A stretch of 64,000 bases of DNA from Candidatus Omnitrophota bacterium (GTDB lineage: Bacteria; Omnitrophota; Gorgyraeia; Gygaellales; Profunditerraquicolaceae). A model generated the notes under the pieces. That model was not told the origin of the DNA and ran no database searches. It saw only the letters and a program-made list of their open reading frames with translations. Shown piece after piece: positions 28,149 to 37,954 of this stretch. The number at the start of each line of letters is the position of its first letter. Within the stretch, counting starts at the first letter, position 1. Made by a program: the position numbers and the translations under genes. The DNA lies in NCBI GenBank assembly GCA_028712375.1, contig JAQTQG010000001.1:46126-110125 (forward strand). Direction: 5' to 3'.

Positions 28149-29568
28149 TTCTGAACCACAGGAAAAGCGTGTGGCAATCGTCCAGGATGGATTATTGCTG
28201 GAGTTTCATATTGAGCGCCCGCAGGACCACACGATTGTCGGTAATATTTATAAGGGCAGGATTGAAGCGGTAATGCCTTCCATCGGCGCGGCGTTTGTGG
28301 ATATCGGTTTGCCCAAGAACGGGTTTTTGTATCTGTCGGAGATTGAATCTGCCTATGAATCAATTGAGGCGCCGGCCCAGACTCCGATTAAAGAAGTAAA
28401 GAAGGGGCAGGAGGTTTTAGTGCAGGTGGTCAAAGAATCTTTTGGTACTAAAGGCCCGCGCCTTTCTACGCAGATTGGTTTAGCCGGAAGGTATCTAGTA
28501 ATTATGCCTTTGGAGAAACAAGGTGGGATTTCCCGGCGTATTGAAAATGAAACGGAAAGAAGGCGCCTGCGGGATATTTTTAAAAAGCTTAAATTGCCGG
28601 ATCCGGTAGGTTTTATTGTGCGTACTGCCGCTAGCGGACGCAGTGAGCAGGAATTGGTCCGTGATGCGCAGTTTCTTTATAAGTTGTGGAAACGCCTGGA
28701 GAAAACCGCTCAGGAGAAAAAAGCTCCGGCTTTAGTTTATGAAGAATATGATTTAGCTTTACGGGCAATCCGGGATTCTTTTACGGAGGATGTTACTAAA
28801 CTGATTGTTGATTCTAAGCCGGAATTCTACCGCATTCAACATTTTATGCGTACGTTTTTAAGCTATTTATGCAAAAAAGTTGAACTTTACCGGGGAGATG
28901 ATCTTTTTGGGGCCAAAGATGTGGAGAAGCAGATTAATCATATCTTTGAGAGCCATGTTTACATGAAATCCAAGGCTTATTTGATAATTGAACCCACTGA
29001 AGGCCTGGTGGTGATTGATGTAAATAGCGGGGGTTTTAAGAAAAAAGTTAACCAGGAAGAGATGGCTTTTAAAGTTAACGCGGAAGCTGCCGTGGAGATT
29101 GCCCGGCAGCTGGTTTTGCGGGATTTAGGCGGTATTATCGTGATTGATTTTATCGATATGGAACGTGAAGGCCATCGCCGGGAATTGTTGAATATCCTGA
29201 AAAATGCTTTAAGCGGCGACCGGGCCAAATATGACATCCTGGGTATTTCTAAATTCGGAATAGTGGAGATGACTCGTGAACGTATCCATAAGACGGTGCA
29301 GATGCTTTCTTTTCATCCTTGCCCCTATTGCAAGGGCAAAGGTAAGCTGCGTTCACCGCAAACTTTGGGAATTTTCGCTTTAAAAGAACTTAAACGCTAT
29401 CTTAAGGGCAAAACCTTAAAACAGGCTTCGTTAACTTTGGCTCCGCCTGTGATCGATGAAATCTTAAAAGATAAGGAGGCCCTGCGCGCGATTGAGCATA
29501 AATACCGGATTAAGATTAACCTCATTTCTAACCCTACCGCGCACTTAGAAGACATTAAATTCAGCTAA
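28126..29568 (+). CDS. rng: ribonuclease G/E family endoribonuclease
   Basis: N-terminal S1 domain (VGNIYKGRIEAVMPSIGAAFVDIG), RNase E/G catalytic core, 480 aa. Confidence 0.85.
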   Translation: MSKEILINSEPQEKRVAIVQDGLLLEFHIERPQDHTIVGNIYKGRIEAVMPSIGAAFVDIGLPKNGFLYLSEIESAYESIEAPAQTPIKEVKKGQEVLVQVVKESFGTKGPRLSTQIGLAGRYLVIMPLEKQGGISRRIENETERRRLRDIFKKLKLPDPVGFIVRTAASGRSEQELVRDAQFLYKLWKRLEKTAQEKKAPALVYEEYDLALRAIRDSFTEDVTKLIVDSKPEFYRIQHFMRTFLSYLCKKVELYRGDDLFGAKDVEKQINHIFESHVYMKSKAYLIIEPTEGLVVIDVNSGGFKKKVNQEEMAFKVNAEAAVEIARQLVLRDLGGIIVIDFIDMEREGHRRELLNILKNALSGDRAKYDILGISKFGIVEMTRERIHKTVQMLSFHPCPYCKGKGKLRSPQTLGIFALKELKRYLKGKTLKQASLTLAPPVIDEILKDKEALRAIEHKYRIKINLISNPTAHLEDIKFS

Positions 29569-29627
29569 ACAAGGTAATTCTTTGGAAAAGAGAGGGGAGT
29601 TTCCTTTTTCGAATCTCTAATTATCGC

Positions 29628-29656
29628 TTGACCCGTGAATTATGCGGGTATATAAT
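29628..29656 (+). promoter_or_regulatory. consensus sigma70 promoter for rplU-obg
   Basis: TTGACC (29628-29633), exact 17-nt spacer, TATAAT (29651-29656). Confidence 0.6.
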
Positions 29657-29705
29657 TATCAGTTTAAGAACGGGTTGTTTAATTTACCTTTAAGGAGGTT
29701 GTCAA

Positions 29706-30023
29706 ATGTATGCCATAATTGAAGTTGGGTCAAAACAGTACAGTGTAACCAAGGATGATATTATTGAAGTAAATAAGCAGGTGGTGGTTAAGGGCGATAA
29801 TATCAGTATTGAGAAGGTTTTGTTAGTTTCAGATGGTAAAAAAGTAGAAGTCGGCCAGCCTTATATTAAAGGGGCTAAAGTAGAGGCCGCGGTTTTAAAG
29901 CAAACTTTTGGTGAAAAAACCACTGCTTATAAACACCGCAGACGTAAAAATTCGCATTGGGAAAAAGGCCATCGCGCCCAACTTACTGAGTTAAAGATTA
30001 AATCCATTGTTTTAGGTTCATAA
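29706..30023 (+). CDS. rplU: 50S ribosomal protein L21
   Basis: MYAIIEVGSKQY...; 105 aa canonical L21. Confidence 0.9.
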   Translation: MYAIIEVGSKQYSVTKDDIIEVNKQVVVKGDNISIEKVLLVSDGKKVEVGQPYIKGAKVEAAVLKQTFGEKTTAYKHRRRKNSHWEKGHRAQLTELKIKSIVLGS

Positions 30024-30027
30024 AAAA

Positions 30028-30981
30028 GTGTTTATCGACGGGGCTAAAATTAATGTGCGGGCCGGCTCTGGCGGTAAAGGCTGTCAAAGCCTCCATCGGG
30101 ATAAGTACCAACGTCAGGGTATTCCGGATGGCGGAGATGGCGGTAAGGGGGCGGATATTATTATCCGCGCCGATCGTAACCTGCTTACCCTTTTAGATTT
30201 CCAGTATCATCGTCATTTTTTTGGTGCTGGTGGCGGGCATGGTTCGAGCAATCATAAAAGAGGCAGAGGCGCTGAAGATGTGATTGTGCGTGTGCCTTTA
30301 GGCACCACGGTAAAAGACGTTTCTTCAGGCTCTATTTTACGCGATCTGGATGCTGATGGCGAACAGGTAATTGTGGCGCGGGGCGGTAAAGGCGGTATAG
30401 GTAATTGGCACCGTAAAGAGGCTACGGCGGGCCAGCCGGGCGAAGAAAAAACAATTGTATTGGATTTAAAGTTATTGGCGGATGTCGGGGTGGTGGGATT
30501 TCCCAATGCCGGTAAATCAACTTTAATTTCTGCGATTTCTAACGCGCATCCTAAGATTGCTGCGTATCCTTTTACGACTACCGGGCCGATTTTAGGGGTG
30601 GCTACGGGTACACACCGGAAATTTGTGATTGCGGATATTCCCGGTTTAATTCCCGGTGCTTCCGAAGGTAGAGGGTTAGGGATTCAATTTTTAAAGCATG
30701 TCGAACGTACCAAGGTTTTAATCCATCTGGTGGATATGGCGGGTTTTGAGGGCAGGGATCCGGTTGATGATTATAGGAACATAAATTTAGAATTAAAGAA
30801 TTATAGTAAGTCATTGTTTAGAAAACCGCAGATAGTTTGTGCTAATAAAATGGATCTGGATGGCGCAAAAGAAAATCTGAAACGGTTTAAAAAATCGGTT
30901 AAAAAAATAATTTATCCGATTTCAGCGTTGAATAAACAGGGTTTAGAGGAGTTAGTCGATGCGGTCGCAAAAAAAATATAA
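30028..30981 (+). CDS. obg: GTPase Obg (no long C-terminal extension)
   Basis: Obg fold Gly-rich N-domain GSGGKGCQS...GGDGGKGADI; G1 GFPNAGKST, DIPGLI, NKMD. Confidence 0.9.
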   Translation: MFIDGAKINVRAGSGGKGCQSLHRDKYQRQGIPDGGDGGKGADIIIRADRNLLTLLDFQYHRHFFGAGGGHGSSNHKRGRGAEDVIVRVPLGTTVKDVSSGSILRDLDADGEQVIVARGGKGGIGNWHRKEATAGQPGEEKTIVLDLKLLADVGVVGFPNAGKSTLISAISNAHPKIAAYPFTTTGPILGVATGTHRKFVIADIPGLIPGASEGRGLGIQFLKHVERTKVLIHLVDMAGFEGRDPVDDYRNINLELKNYSKSLFRKPQIVCANKMDLDGAKENLKRFKKSVKKIIYPISALNKQGLEELVDAVAKKI

Positions 30982-31726
30982 AAGAGTGGTAGTTAAAGTC
31001 GGCGCAAGCTTGTTTGCTACGGATAAGAGCAAGTTGGATACGGCTCTGGTTAACTCAATTGCCAGGCAGATTTCAGATTTAATTAAGCAGGGTAAAGAGG
31101 TAGTCGTGGTTTCCTCCGGTGCGATTGCTTTAGGTATGTCAATCCTGAAATTAACCAGCCGCCCGAAAGAGTTAAAATATTTACAGGCGGCCGCGGCGAT
31201 TGGCCAGCATGAATTAATGCATGTTTATAAGCTTGCGCTTAAGAAGTATAGCTTAAACTGCGCGCAATTACTTTTAACCTGGGATGATTTTTTGGGAGCC
31301 CGTTATATTAACGCTAAACATACTTTGGGCACATTGTTGAAATTAAACTGTGTGCCGATTATCAACGAAAATGATACAGTGGCTACGGAGGAGATTAAAT
31401 TCGGCGATAATGACCGTTTGTCTGCTTTAGTTTCCATTTTGGTGGACGCGGACCTTTTGATCATTCTTTCTGATGTGGAAGGATTATGGGATAAAAACAA
31501 AAAAATTATTCCCCGGGTTAATAAAATAACCGCCGAAATTAAGTCCCTGGCTTGCCCGACGGATAAAAAGATTTGTGTTGGCGGGATGGTTACAAAATTA
31601 GAGGCAGCGCGCATTGCGGTGGAAGGCGGGGTTCCTTGCGTTATCGCCAGTGGGCACCAGGATAGAATTATCAGCCAGTTAACTAATGACCCTTTTTCTC
31701 AAGGCACGATTTTTTTAACTAAATGA
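30959..31726 (+). CDS. proB: glutamate 5-kinase (short form without PUA domain)
   Basis: VVVKVGASLF...VVVSSGAIALG; 255 aa. Confidence 0.85.
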   Translation: MRSQKKYKRVVVKVGASLFATDKSKLDTALVNSIARQISDLIKQGKEVVVVSSGAIALGMSILKLTSRPKELKYLQAAAAIGQHELMHVYKLALKKYSLNCAQLLLTWDDFLGARYINAKHTLGTLLKLNCVPIINENDTVATEEIKFGDNDRLSALVSILVDADLLIILSDVEGLWDKNKKIIPRVNKITAEIKSLACPTDKKICVGGMVTKLEAARIAVEGGVPCVIASGHQDRIISQLTNDPFSQGTIFLTK

Positions 31727-32979
31727 AAAAGAATTTAAAAAAGGAAACAGAAAATATCGCCAAACAGGCTAAAGCGGCCTCCCGCAGCCTTGCTGTTTTA
31801 TCTTCATCGGCTAAAAATGCGGCACTTAAGGATATGGCGGCCGCTTTGCTTGAAAAACAGGCAGCCATTTTAAAGGCTAACCAAAAAGATATCGCCAGGT
31901 TATCTTCTAAAAACAAAGCTTTTATCGACCGGCTTACTTTGAACGGGGCAAGAGTTAAACAGATGGCGGAGTCTTTGTTGGAGATTTCCAGTTTTAAAGA
32001 CCCGGTGGGTGAGCTCATCCGTGCCTGGGATGCGCCAACTGGATTGAAGATTCAGAAGGTGCGTTCTCCTATCGGAGTAATCGCGATTATTTATGAATCC
32101 CGGCCTAATGTTACGGCGGATTGTATCGGGCTTTGTTTTAAATCCGGCAATAGTGTAATTCTACGCGGCGGCAGCGAAGCGATAAATTCTAATCTGGAAA
32201 TTTATAATATACTTAATGGCGTAATACAAAAACATGGTTTAGCTAAAGGTACGATTAATTTGATTACAACTATTGACCGGCAGGCCGTAGATCATTTGTT
32301 GAAATTAAATAATTATATCGACCTGGTTATTCCCCGGGGCGGAGAAGAGTTGATTAATAAGGTGGTGAAAGTTTCGCGCATACCGGTGATTAAGCACTAT
32401 AAGGGAATTTGCCATGTTTATGTGGATGAAGATGCGGATTTGAATATGGCAGAAAACATTTGTTTGAATGCTAAGCTGCAACGCCCCGGAGTTTGTAATG
32501 CCATGGAAAGCATGCTGGTGCACCGCGATGTTGCCGCCAGATTCCTGCCGGGAATGCTTAAAAAATTTAAGGATGCCGGGGTAGAGATCCGCGGATGCGC
32601 ATTTACTAAAAGAATTGCCAATTGGGTTAAGTTGGCTACGCAAAAAGATTACCGCACGGAATACCTGGATTTGATTTTGTCTGTAAAAGTCGTAGATAGC
32701 CTGGATGCGGCAATCGCGCATATTAATGAATATGGTTCGCATCACTCTGACAGTATTGTGACGGACGACAATAATGCTGCAGCAAAGTTTTTACAGCAGG
32801 TAGATTCAGCCTGTGTTTACCTGAATGCCTCTACCCGTTTTACCGACGGAAATCAGTTTGGAATGGGGGGAGAGATTGGTATTTCAACCGACAAATTACA
32901 TGCCCGCGGGCCGATGGGCCTGGAGGAGTTGACTACCTATAAATATGTCGTTTATGGCTGCGGCCAGGTTAGAACATGA
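31723..32979 (+). CDS. proA: gamma-glutamyl phosphate reductase
   Basis: 418 aa; aldehyde dehydrogenase fold with a catalytic Cys context; 4-nt overlap with proB. Confidence 0.9.
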   Translation: MKKNLKKETENIAKQAKAASRSLAVLSSSAKNAALKDMAAALLEKQAAILKANQKDIARLSSKNKAFIDRLTLNGARVKQMAESLLEISSFKDPVGELIRAWDAPTGLKIQKVRSPIGVIAIIYESRPNVTADCIGLCFKSGNSVILRGGSEAINSNLEIYNILNGVIQKHGLAKGTINLITTIDRQAVDHLLKLNNYIDLVIPRGGEELINKVVKVSRIPVIKHYKGICHVYVDEDADLNMAENICLNAKLQRPGVCNAMESMLVHRDVAARFLPGMLKKFKDAGVEIRGCAFTKRIANWVKLATQKDYRTEYLDLILSVKVVDSLDAAIAHINEYGSHHSDSIVTDDNNAAAKFLQQVDSACVYLNASTRFTDGNQFGMGGEIGISTDKLHARGPMGLEELTTYKYVVYGCGQVRT

Positions 32980-33542
32980 AAATTGGCATCTTGGGTGGAA
33001 CATTTAACCCGGTGCATATTGGGCATTTAATTTTAGCGGAAGAGGTAAGGGAAAAACTGGGATTGGACAAAATTATTTTTGTGCCTACCGCTTTGCCTCC
33101 GCATAAAGATAATTCTGATATTGCCCCGGCTAAAGACCGCTTAAAAATGCTTAAATTGGCGGTAGCTTCCAATAAGTTTTTTTCAGTCTCGGATATCGAG
33201 ATTAAGCGCCAGGGGCGTTCTTATACAATTGATACTCTTAAAGAACTTAAAGCCAAATACAGCCGGGATGAACTGTACTTTATTATTGGTTCAGACCTGC
33301 TTAAGTATTTAAATGAGTGGAAAGATTTAAGCCAGATATTAACCATGGTTAAATTTGTTGCGGCAACCCGCCCAGGTTATTCGCTGGAGGAGATTCCGCC
33401 TTATATCCATACTTTACCGATTAGGGCAGTAGATGTTTCAGGTTTTGAAGTGCGCCAATGTGTTAGCCAGCATAAATCTTTTGGTTATTTAGTGACAGAT
33501 AAGGTTTTTGATTACATAAAGAAAAGAAGGCTTTATAAATGA
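32976..33542 (+). CDS. nadD: nicotinate-nucleotide adenylyltransferase
   Basis: GGTFNPVHIGHL (H/TxGH motif); 188 aa. Confidence 0.85.
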   Translation: MKIGILGGTFNPVHIGHLILAEEVREKLGLDKIIFVPTALPPHKDNSDIAPAKDRLKMLKLAVASNKFFSVSDIEIKRQGRSYTIDTLKELKAKYSRDELYFIIGSDLLKYLNEWKDLSQILTMVKFVAATRPGYSLEEIPPYIHTLPIRAVDVSGFEVRQCVSQHKSFGYLVTDKVFDYIKKRRLYK

Positions 33543-33590
33543 ACCCCGCACCTTCCTTGTATTTAATTACAAGAAAGAGCAGGGTTCGAA

Positions 33591-34268
33591 TTGATTAATA
33601 GAATAGAAGGTGCGAGGGTGAAAATCAAAATTGCTCCATCAATATTGTCGGCAGATTTTAGTAAGCTGGGGCTGGAACTTAAAAAAATTAAACAGGCAGG
33701 GGCGGATCTGGTGCATGTGGATGTAATGGACGGGCATTTTGTTCCGAATATTACTATCGGCCCGGTAGTGGTAAAATACATGCGCCAGGCAACTACGCTT
33801 GTTTTGGATGTGCATTTGATGATTGAGCATCCTGCTAAATATGTGCAGGCTTTTGTGGATGCCGGCAGCGATATGGTTACTGTGCATATTGAGACAGTGA
33901 GCATAAAAGAATTGCGGGTAATTGCTAAAAGCCTGAAAAAGAATAAAGTTAAACTGGGAATTTCTTTAAATCCGGCCACGGCGCTAGATAAAATTAAGCC
34001 AGTTTTAGGATTAGTGGATTTTGTGTTGATAATGTCAGTAAATCCCGGTTTTGGCGGGCAGGCTTTTATTCCGCAGGTAGTAAATAAAATAAAACAGCTG
34101 CGCGCGATTTTTGCGAAGGATATCGCTGTTGACGGCGGGATTAATCAGCAAAACGCGCAGCTGGTAAAAGATGCCGGGGCGAACATATTAGTAGCAGGTT
34201 CTTATATTTTCGGAGCAAAGGATGTTAAACAAGCAATTAATAGCTTAAGACAGGAGAGACATCGATGA
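33591..34268 (+). CDS. rpe: ribulose-phosphate 3-epimerase; the true start is probably the GTG near 33618
   Basis: KIAPSILSADF...HVDVMDGHFVPN...VNPGFGGQ. Confidence 0.9.
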   Translation: MINRIEGARVKIKIAPSILSADFSKLGLELKKIKQAGADLVHVDVMDGHFVPNITIGPVVVKYMRQATTLVLDVHLMIEHPAKYVQAFVDAGSDMVTVHIETVSIKELRVIAKSLKKNKVKLGISLNPATALDKIKPVLGLVDFVLIMSVNPGFGGQAFIPQVVNKIKQLRAIFAKDIAVDGGINQQNAQLVKDAGANILVAGSYIFGAKDVKQAINSLRQERHR

Positions 34269-35659
34269 GCAATGCAACTTCACAAATTAAATTTGGTACC
34301 GATGGTTGGAGGGCAATTATTGCGGATACTTATACTTTGGAAAATGTTAAAATTCTTGCTCAGGCAGTTGCGGATTTTTTAGGCAGCGGAAAAAAAGTAG
34401 TGGTAGGGTTTGATACCCGTTTTATGTCCGCTAAATTCGCGCAAAGCGCGGCAATTGTTTTAAAAAGCAACGGGATAGAAGTGATTCTTTCTGATCAGCC
34501 GATTCCTACTCCGGCATTGAGTTTTGCGGTTAAATCGCGTAAATTCGACTTAGGAGTGATGATTACTGCTTCGCATAATCCGGCAGAATATAATGGTTTT
34601 AAAATCAAGAACGCTGCCGGCGGAGGAGCTAGCCAGGAGTTAACCCGGGAAGTTGAGGGTTTATTGACGAAAACCCCGGTGAAAGATTCAGTCTCCGCGG
34701 AATCAATCCAGGTAGTCGATCTTACCAAAGATTATATAAAGTTTATCCGTAACTATATTGATTTAAAAAAGATTAAAAATAAAAAATTTAAAGTTTTAGT
34801 AGATTCAATGTATGGCTCCGGAGATAGCTTTATCGCCCAGGTACTCAAGGGAACTAGTATTAAATTAGAATTTATGCGTAATACCATTAATCCTTCTTTT
34901 GGCGGCGGCAGGCCTGAGCCGGTAGAGGAAAATTTGGCAGAATTAAAAAAACGCGTAAAAGAAGAGAAGTTTGACCTCGGTATTGCTTTGGATGGTGACG
35001 CCGACAGGATTGCCGCGGTTGCCCCCGGTGGTGTTTTTATCCACCCGCAGAAAATCTTAGGTTTATTGGCATTACATTTAAACCAGGATCGGCATTGGAG
35101 CGGCGGGCTGGTTAAGACTATTTGCGGCTCAACGATGATGGATAACATCGCAAATTTCTTAGGGATTAAGCTTTATGAGACCCCTGTAGGTTTTAAATAT
35201 ATTTCTAATCTTATGGAAACTCAGGATATTGTTGCCGGCGGTGAAGAGGCCGGAGGGATGGGGGTTAAGGGGTATATTCCTGAGCGCGATGGGACGATGG
35301 CAGGTTTACTGCTTATTGAGATGATGGTTTACCGTAATAAAAACATCCTGAAGATTTTGAATGAAACCGAAAAACAATTCGGCAGGTATTATTATGTGCG
35401 CCAGGATTTTCATTTGGATAGGCGGGTCGAACCGAAAAAAGAAAATCTCCCCGGAGAATTATTGGGTAAAAAAGTTATAGATATTAAAGATTATGACGGT
35501 GTGAAACTTATTTGTGAGGACCAGAGCTGGCTGATGTTCCGCGGTTCAGGCACCGAGCCGATTATGCGTACTTATGCTGAGGCAAAAAGCCTCACTCAAG
35601 CCAAGAAACTTCTGGTTCTGGCTCAAGAGATAATCTTAAAGGATGGCGTACAGGTTTAG
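34265..35659 (+). CDS. phosphoglucomutase/phosphomannomutase family enzyme
   Basis: active-site TASHNPAEYNGFK, Mg loop DGDADR, 464 aa; could supply mannose-1-P or glucose-1-P for the downstream nucleotide-sugar genes. Confidence 0.85.
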   Translation: MSNATSQIKFGTDGWRAIIADTYTLENVKILAQAVADFLGSGKKVVVGFDTRFMSAKFAQSAAIVLKSNGIEVILSDQPIPTPALSFAVKSRKFDLGVMITASHNPAEYNGFKIKNAAGGGASQELTREVEGLLTKTPVKDSVSAESIQVVDLTKDYIKFIRNYIDLKKIKNKKFKVLVDSMYGSGDSFIAQVLKGTSIKLEFMRNTINPSFGGGRPEPVEENLAELKKRVKEEKFDLGIALDGDADRIAAVAPGGVFIHPQKILGLLALHLNQDRHWSGGLVKTICGSTMMDNIANFLGIKLYETPVGFKYISNLMETQDIVAGGEEAGGMGVKGYIPERDGTMAGLLLIEMMVYRNKNILKILNETEKQFGRYYYVRQDFHLDRRVEPKKENLPGELLGKKVIDIKDYDGVKLICEDQSWLMFRGSGTEPIMRTYAEAKSLTQAKKLLVLAQEIILKDGVQV

Positions 35660-36239
35660 CAGGTTTATATTATCTGTCTTTTTAAATCTTTTCTTTGAGT
35701 TCAAGGTGGAAGGAAGAGAAAATCTGCCCAAGCAAGGTGGATTTATTCTGGCCTGTAACCATATAAGTTATTTGGACCCGGTGGTTTTGGGGGTTGGCTG
35801 CCTGCGCAGCGTGCATTTTATGGCGCGGGACACGTTGTTTAATAACCGGTTTTTGGCTTTTTGGATGAAAGCGGTTGGAGTGATACCGGTTAAAAGAGAT
35901 AAGGCTGATTTTTCGGCATTAAAGAAGTCGCTGAATATTGCCAGGAGCGGGGAAGGATTGGCGATTTTTCCGGAAGGAACCCGGCGCTTGCCGGATAAGG
36001 CTTTTATGAATCCTGAGCCGGGTGTCGGATTTTTAGCGGATAAAGCCGGCGTGCCGGTAATCCCGGCTTTTATTAAAGGTACCTATGAAGCGCTGCCAAA
36101 AGGGGTTAATAGAAAAATAAATTTTGGCAGAGAGATTCGTTTGCGCTTCGGAAAAGAAATTCACATAGAAAGGGGGAAGCCTTATCAGGAAACTTCGGAT
36201 CTGATAATGGCTAATATTAAACAGTTGTCAAATAATTAA
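35643..36239 (+). CDS. plsC: 1-acyl-sn-glycerol-3-phosphate acyltransferase
   Basis: HX4D motif NHISYLDP and FPEGTR motif. Confidence 0.75.
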   Translation: MAYRFSRFILSVFLNLFFEFKVEGRENLPKQGGFILACNHISYLDPVVLGVGCLRSVHFMARDTLFNNRFLAFWMKAVGVIPVKRDKADFSALKKSLNIARSGEGLAIFPEGTRRLPDKAFMNPEPGVGFLADKAGVPVIPAFIKGTYEALPKGVNRKINFGREIRLRFGKEIHIERGKPYQETSDLIMANIKQLSNN

Positions 36240-36317
36240 AAAATGAACGTTAATAAAATGGGTTTTTAAGGATATCCTACTATTAAAATTCGAAAATAAG
36301 AAAGGAAGTAATTACCA

Positions 36318-37859
36318 ATGTCAGATACTAGAGCGGAACTAGAACAGTTGTATAATCAAAGCATTAAAGTTTTAAAAGAAGGACAAGTAGTCAGCGGTAA
36401 AATTGTTGAAATTAAAAGCAAGGAAGTCTTAGTGGATGTAGGATTCAAATCCGAAGGGATTGTCCCGATTACGGAATTTAGCTCCGGGGATTTAGTGATT
36501 GGCCGGGAGATGGAGTTTTTGCTGGAGACTATGGAAAATGATGCTGGTGTCATGACTCTATCGCGTGAAAAAGCCATGCGTATGGCCGGTTGGGATAAAA
36601 TTGTTAAATTATCCAATGATGGGACATTAGTAGAGGGTAAGCCGGTCAAGAAGGTTAAAGGCGGATTCCTGGTAGATATTATGGGAATTGAAGGATTTTT
36701 ACCCAGCTCACTTTCTTCTTTCCGTAATATTGCTGATAAGGATATTTTGTATAAGGTATTTAAGTTCAAGATTGTTAAAGTAAATAATTTACGGCGCAGT
36801 ATTATTGTCAGCCGCCGCGAGGCAGTGCAGGCGGATCGGGATGTCGCTAAGGGTAAGATTTGGGGAGAATTGAAAATTGGCGGTATCTATCCCGGGTTGG
36901 TTAAAGCGATTACTGATTTCGGGGCTTTTATTGACCTGGGCGGAGTAGATGGGCTGTTGCATATTACGGATATGTCCTGGTCCAAGATCAGCCATCCTTC
37001 GGAAATTGTAGCCATCGGAGATAAAATCGAAGTAATGATTTTAAATCTTGATCAGGCTTCCGGTAAAGTTTCTTTAGGGCTTAAACAGAGATTATCTGAC
37101 CCCTGGAAGGACATTGAAGGAAAATTCACGGTGGGCGCCAAGGTAAAAGGTAAGGTAGTCAATATCCTGCCTTATGGAGTTTTTGTGGAATTGGAAAAAG
37201 GCATTGAAGGATTAATCCATGTTTCTGAGATCTCCTGGACAAAACGCGTGAATAATCCGGGTGAGATGTTTGCTGTCGGGGATATGGTGGAAACTCAAAT
37301 CTTAAGCGTAGAAAAAGAGTCCCGCCGGATTTCGCTTAGCTTAAAGCAGTTGGAGCAGAATCCTTGGCTGGAAGCGGATAGTAAATATCCGGTAGGTTCA
37401 AGCGTTTCCGGTAAAGTCCGCGGCTTCACGGAGTATGGTGCTTTTGTGGAATTAGATTCTAATCTGGAGGGAATGATCCATGTTTCCGATATCTCCTGGA
37501 CCAAAAGAATCGGCCATCCACAGGATGTCTTAAAGAAAGGGCAAAAGATCGACGTTGCTATATTGTCGGTAGATTCTGCAAACCGCAGGATCGCTTTAGG
37601 GTTAAAGCAGTTACAGGAAAATCCTTGGGCAAAGATCGCTGAACGTTATCCTCTGGATACGCAGTTAGAAGTAGAGGTATCCAGCCTTACTGAATTCGGG
37701 GTATTTGCCAAGATCGATGATGAATTGGAAGGTTTGATTTACTCCAGTGAAATCGAAAAAGAAACAGTGGCGAATTTAAAGCCCGGTGATAAGATAAATG
37801 TAAAAGTGATTAAAGTGGATGTGGAGCAGGCCAAAATCGGCCTGACTGCAAGGCTTTAA
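36318..37859 (+). CDS. rpsA: 30S ribosomal protein S1
   Basis: 513 aa with repeated S1 domains (…GxV.G.V..I..FGAFV…). Confidence 0.85.
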   Translation: MSDTRAELEQLYNQSIKVLKEGQVVSGKIVEIKSKEVLVDVGFKSEGIVPITEFSSGDLVIGREMEFLLETMENDAGVMTLSREKAMRMAGWDKIVKLSNDGTLVEGKPVKKVKGGFLVDIMGIEGFLPSSLSSFRNIADKDILYKVFKFKIVKVNNLRRSIIVSRREAVQADRDVAKGKIWGELKIGGIYPGLVKAITDFGAFIDLGGVDGLLHITDMSWSKISHPSEIVAIGDKIEVMILNLDQASGKVSLGLKQRLSDPWKDIEGKFTVGAKVKGKVVNILPYGVFVELEKGIEGLIHVSEISWTKRVNNPGEMFAVGDMVETQILSVEKESRRISLSLKQLEQNPWLEADSKYPVGSSVSGKVRGFTEYGAFVELDSNLEGMIHVSDISWTKRIGHPQDVLKKGQKIDVAILSVDSANRRIALGLKQLQENPWAKIAERYPLDTQLEVEVSSLTEFGVFAKIDDELEGLIYSSEIEKETVANLKPGDKINVKVIKVDVEQAKIGLTARL

Positions 37860-37865
37860 ACAGTT

Positions 37866-37945
37866 GTGTCATTGCCAGGCGCGAAGCGACGAAGCAATCT
37901 CGTAAAATCTGGATCTTTGGGTGCTCCGTGGCCTTGCAATGACAC
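37866..37945 (+). ncRNA. structured element: a 14-bp inverted repeat enclosing about 52 nt, between rpsA and tyrS (terminator, leader or processing site)
   Basis: gtgtcattgccagg (37866-37879) pairs with ccttgcaatgacac (37932-37945), 13 of 14 bp. Confidence 0.35.
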
Positions 37946-37954
37946 GTATTAATT

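Noticed and set aside
33563-33979. 138-aa minus-strand ORF opposite rpe
   Set aside because: rpe on the + strand has canonical motifs; the minus ORF is a shadow.
37860-37954. T-box leader or tRNA gene upstream of tyrS
   Set aside because: Too short for a T-box (no specifier loop, T-box sequence or antiterminator) and no tRNA cloverleaf or conserved D and T loop sequences.
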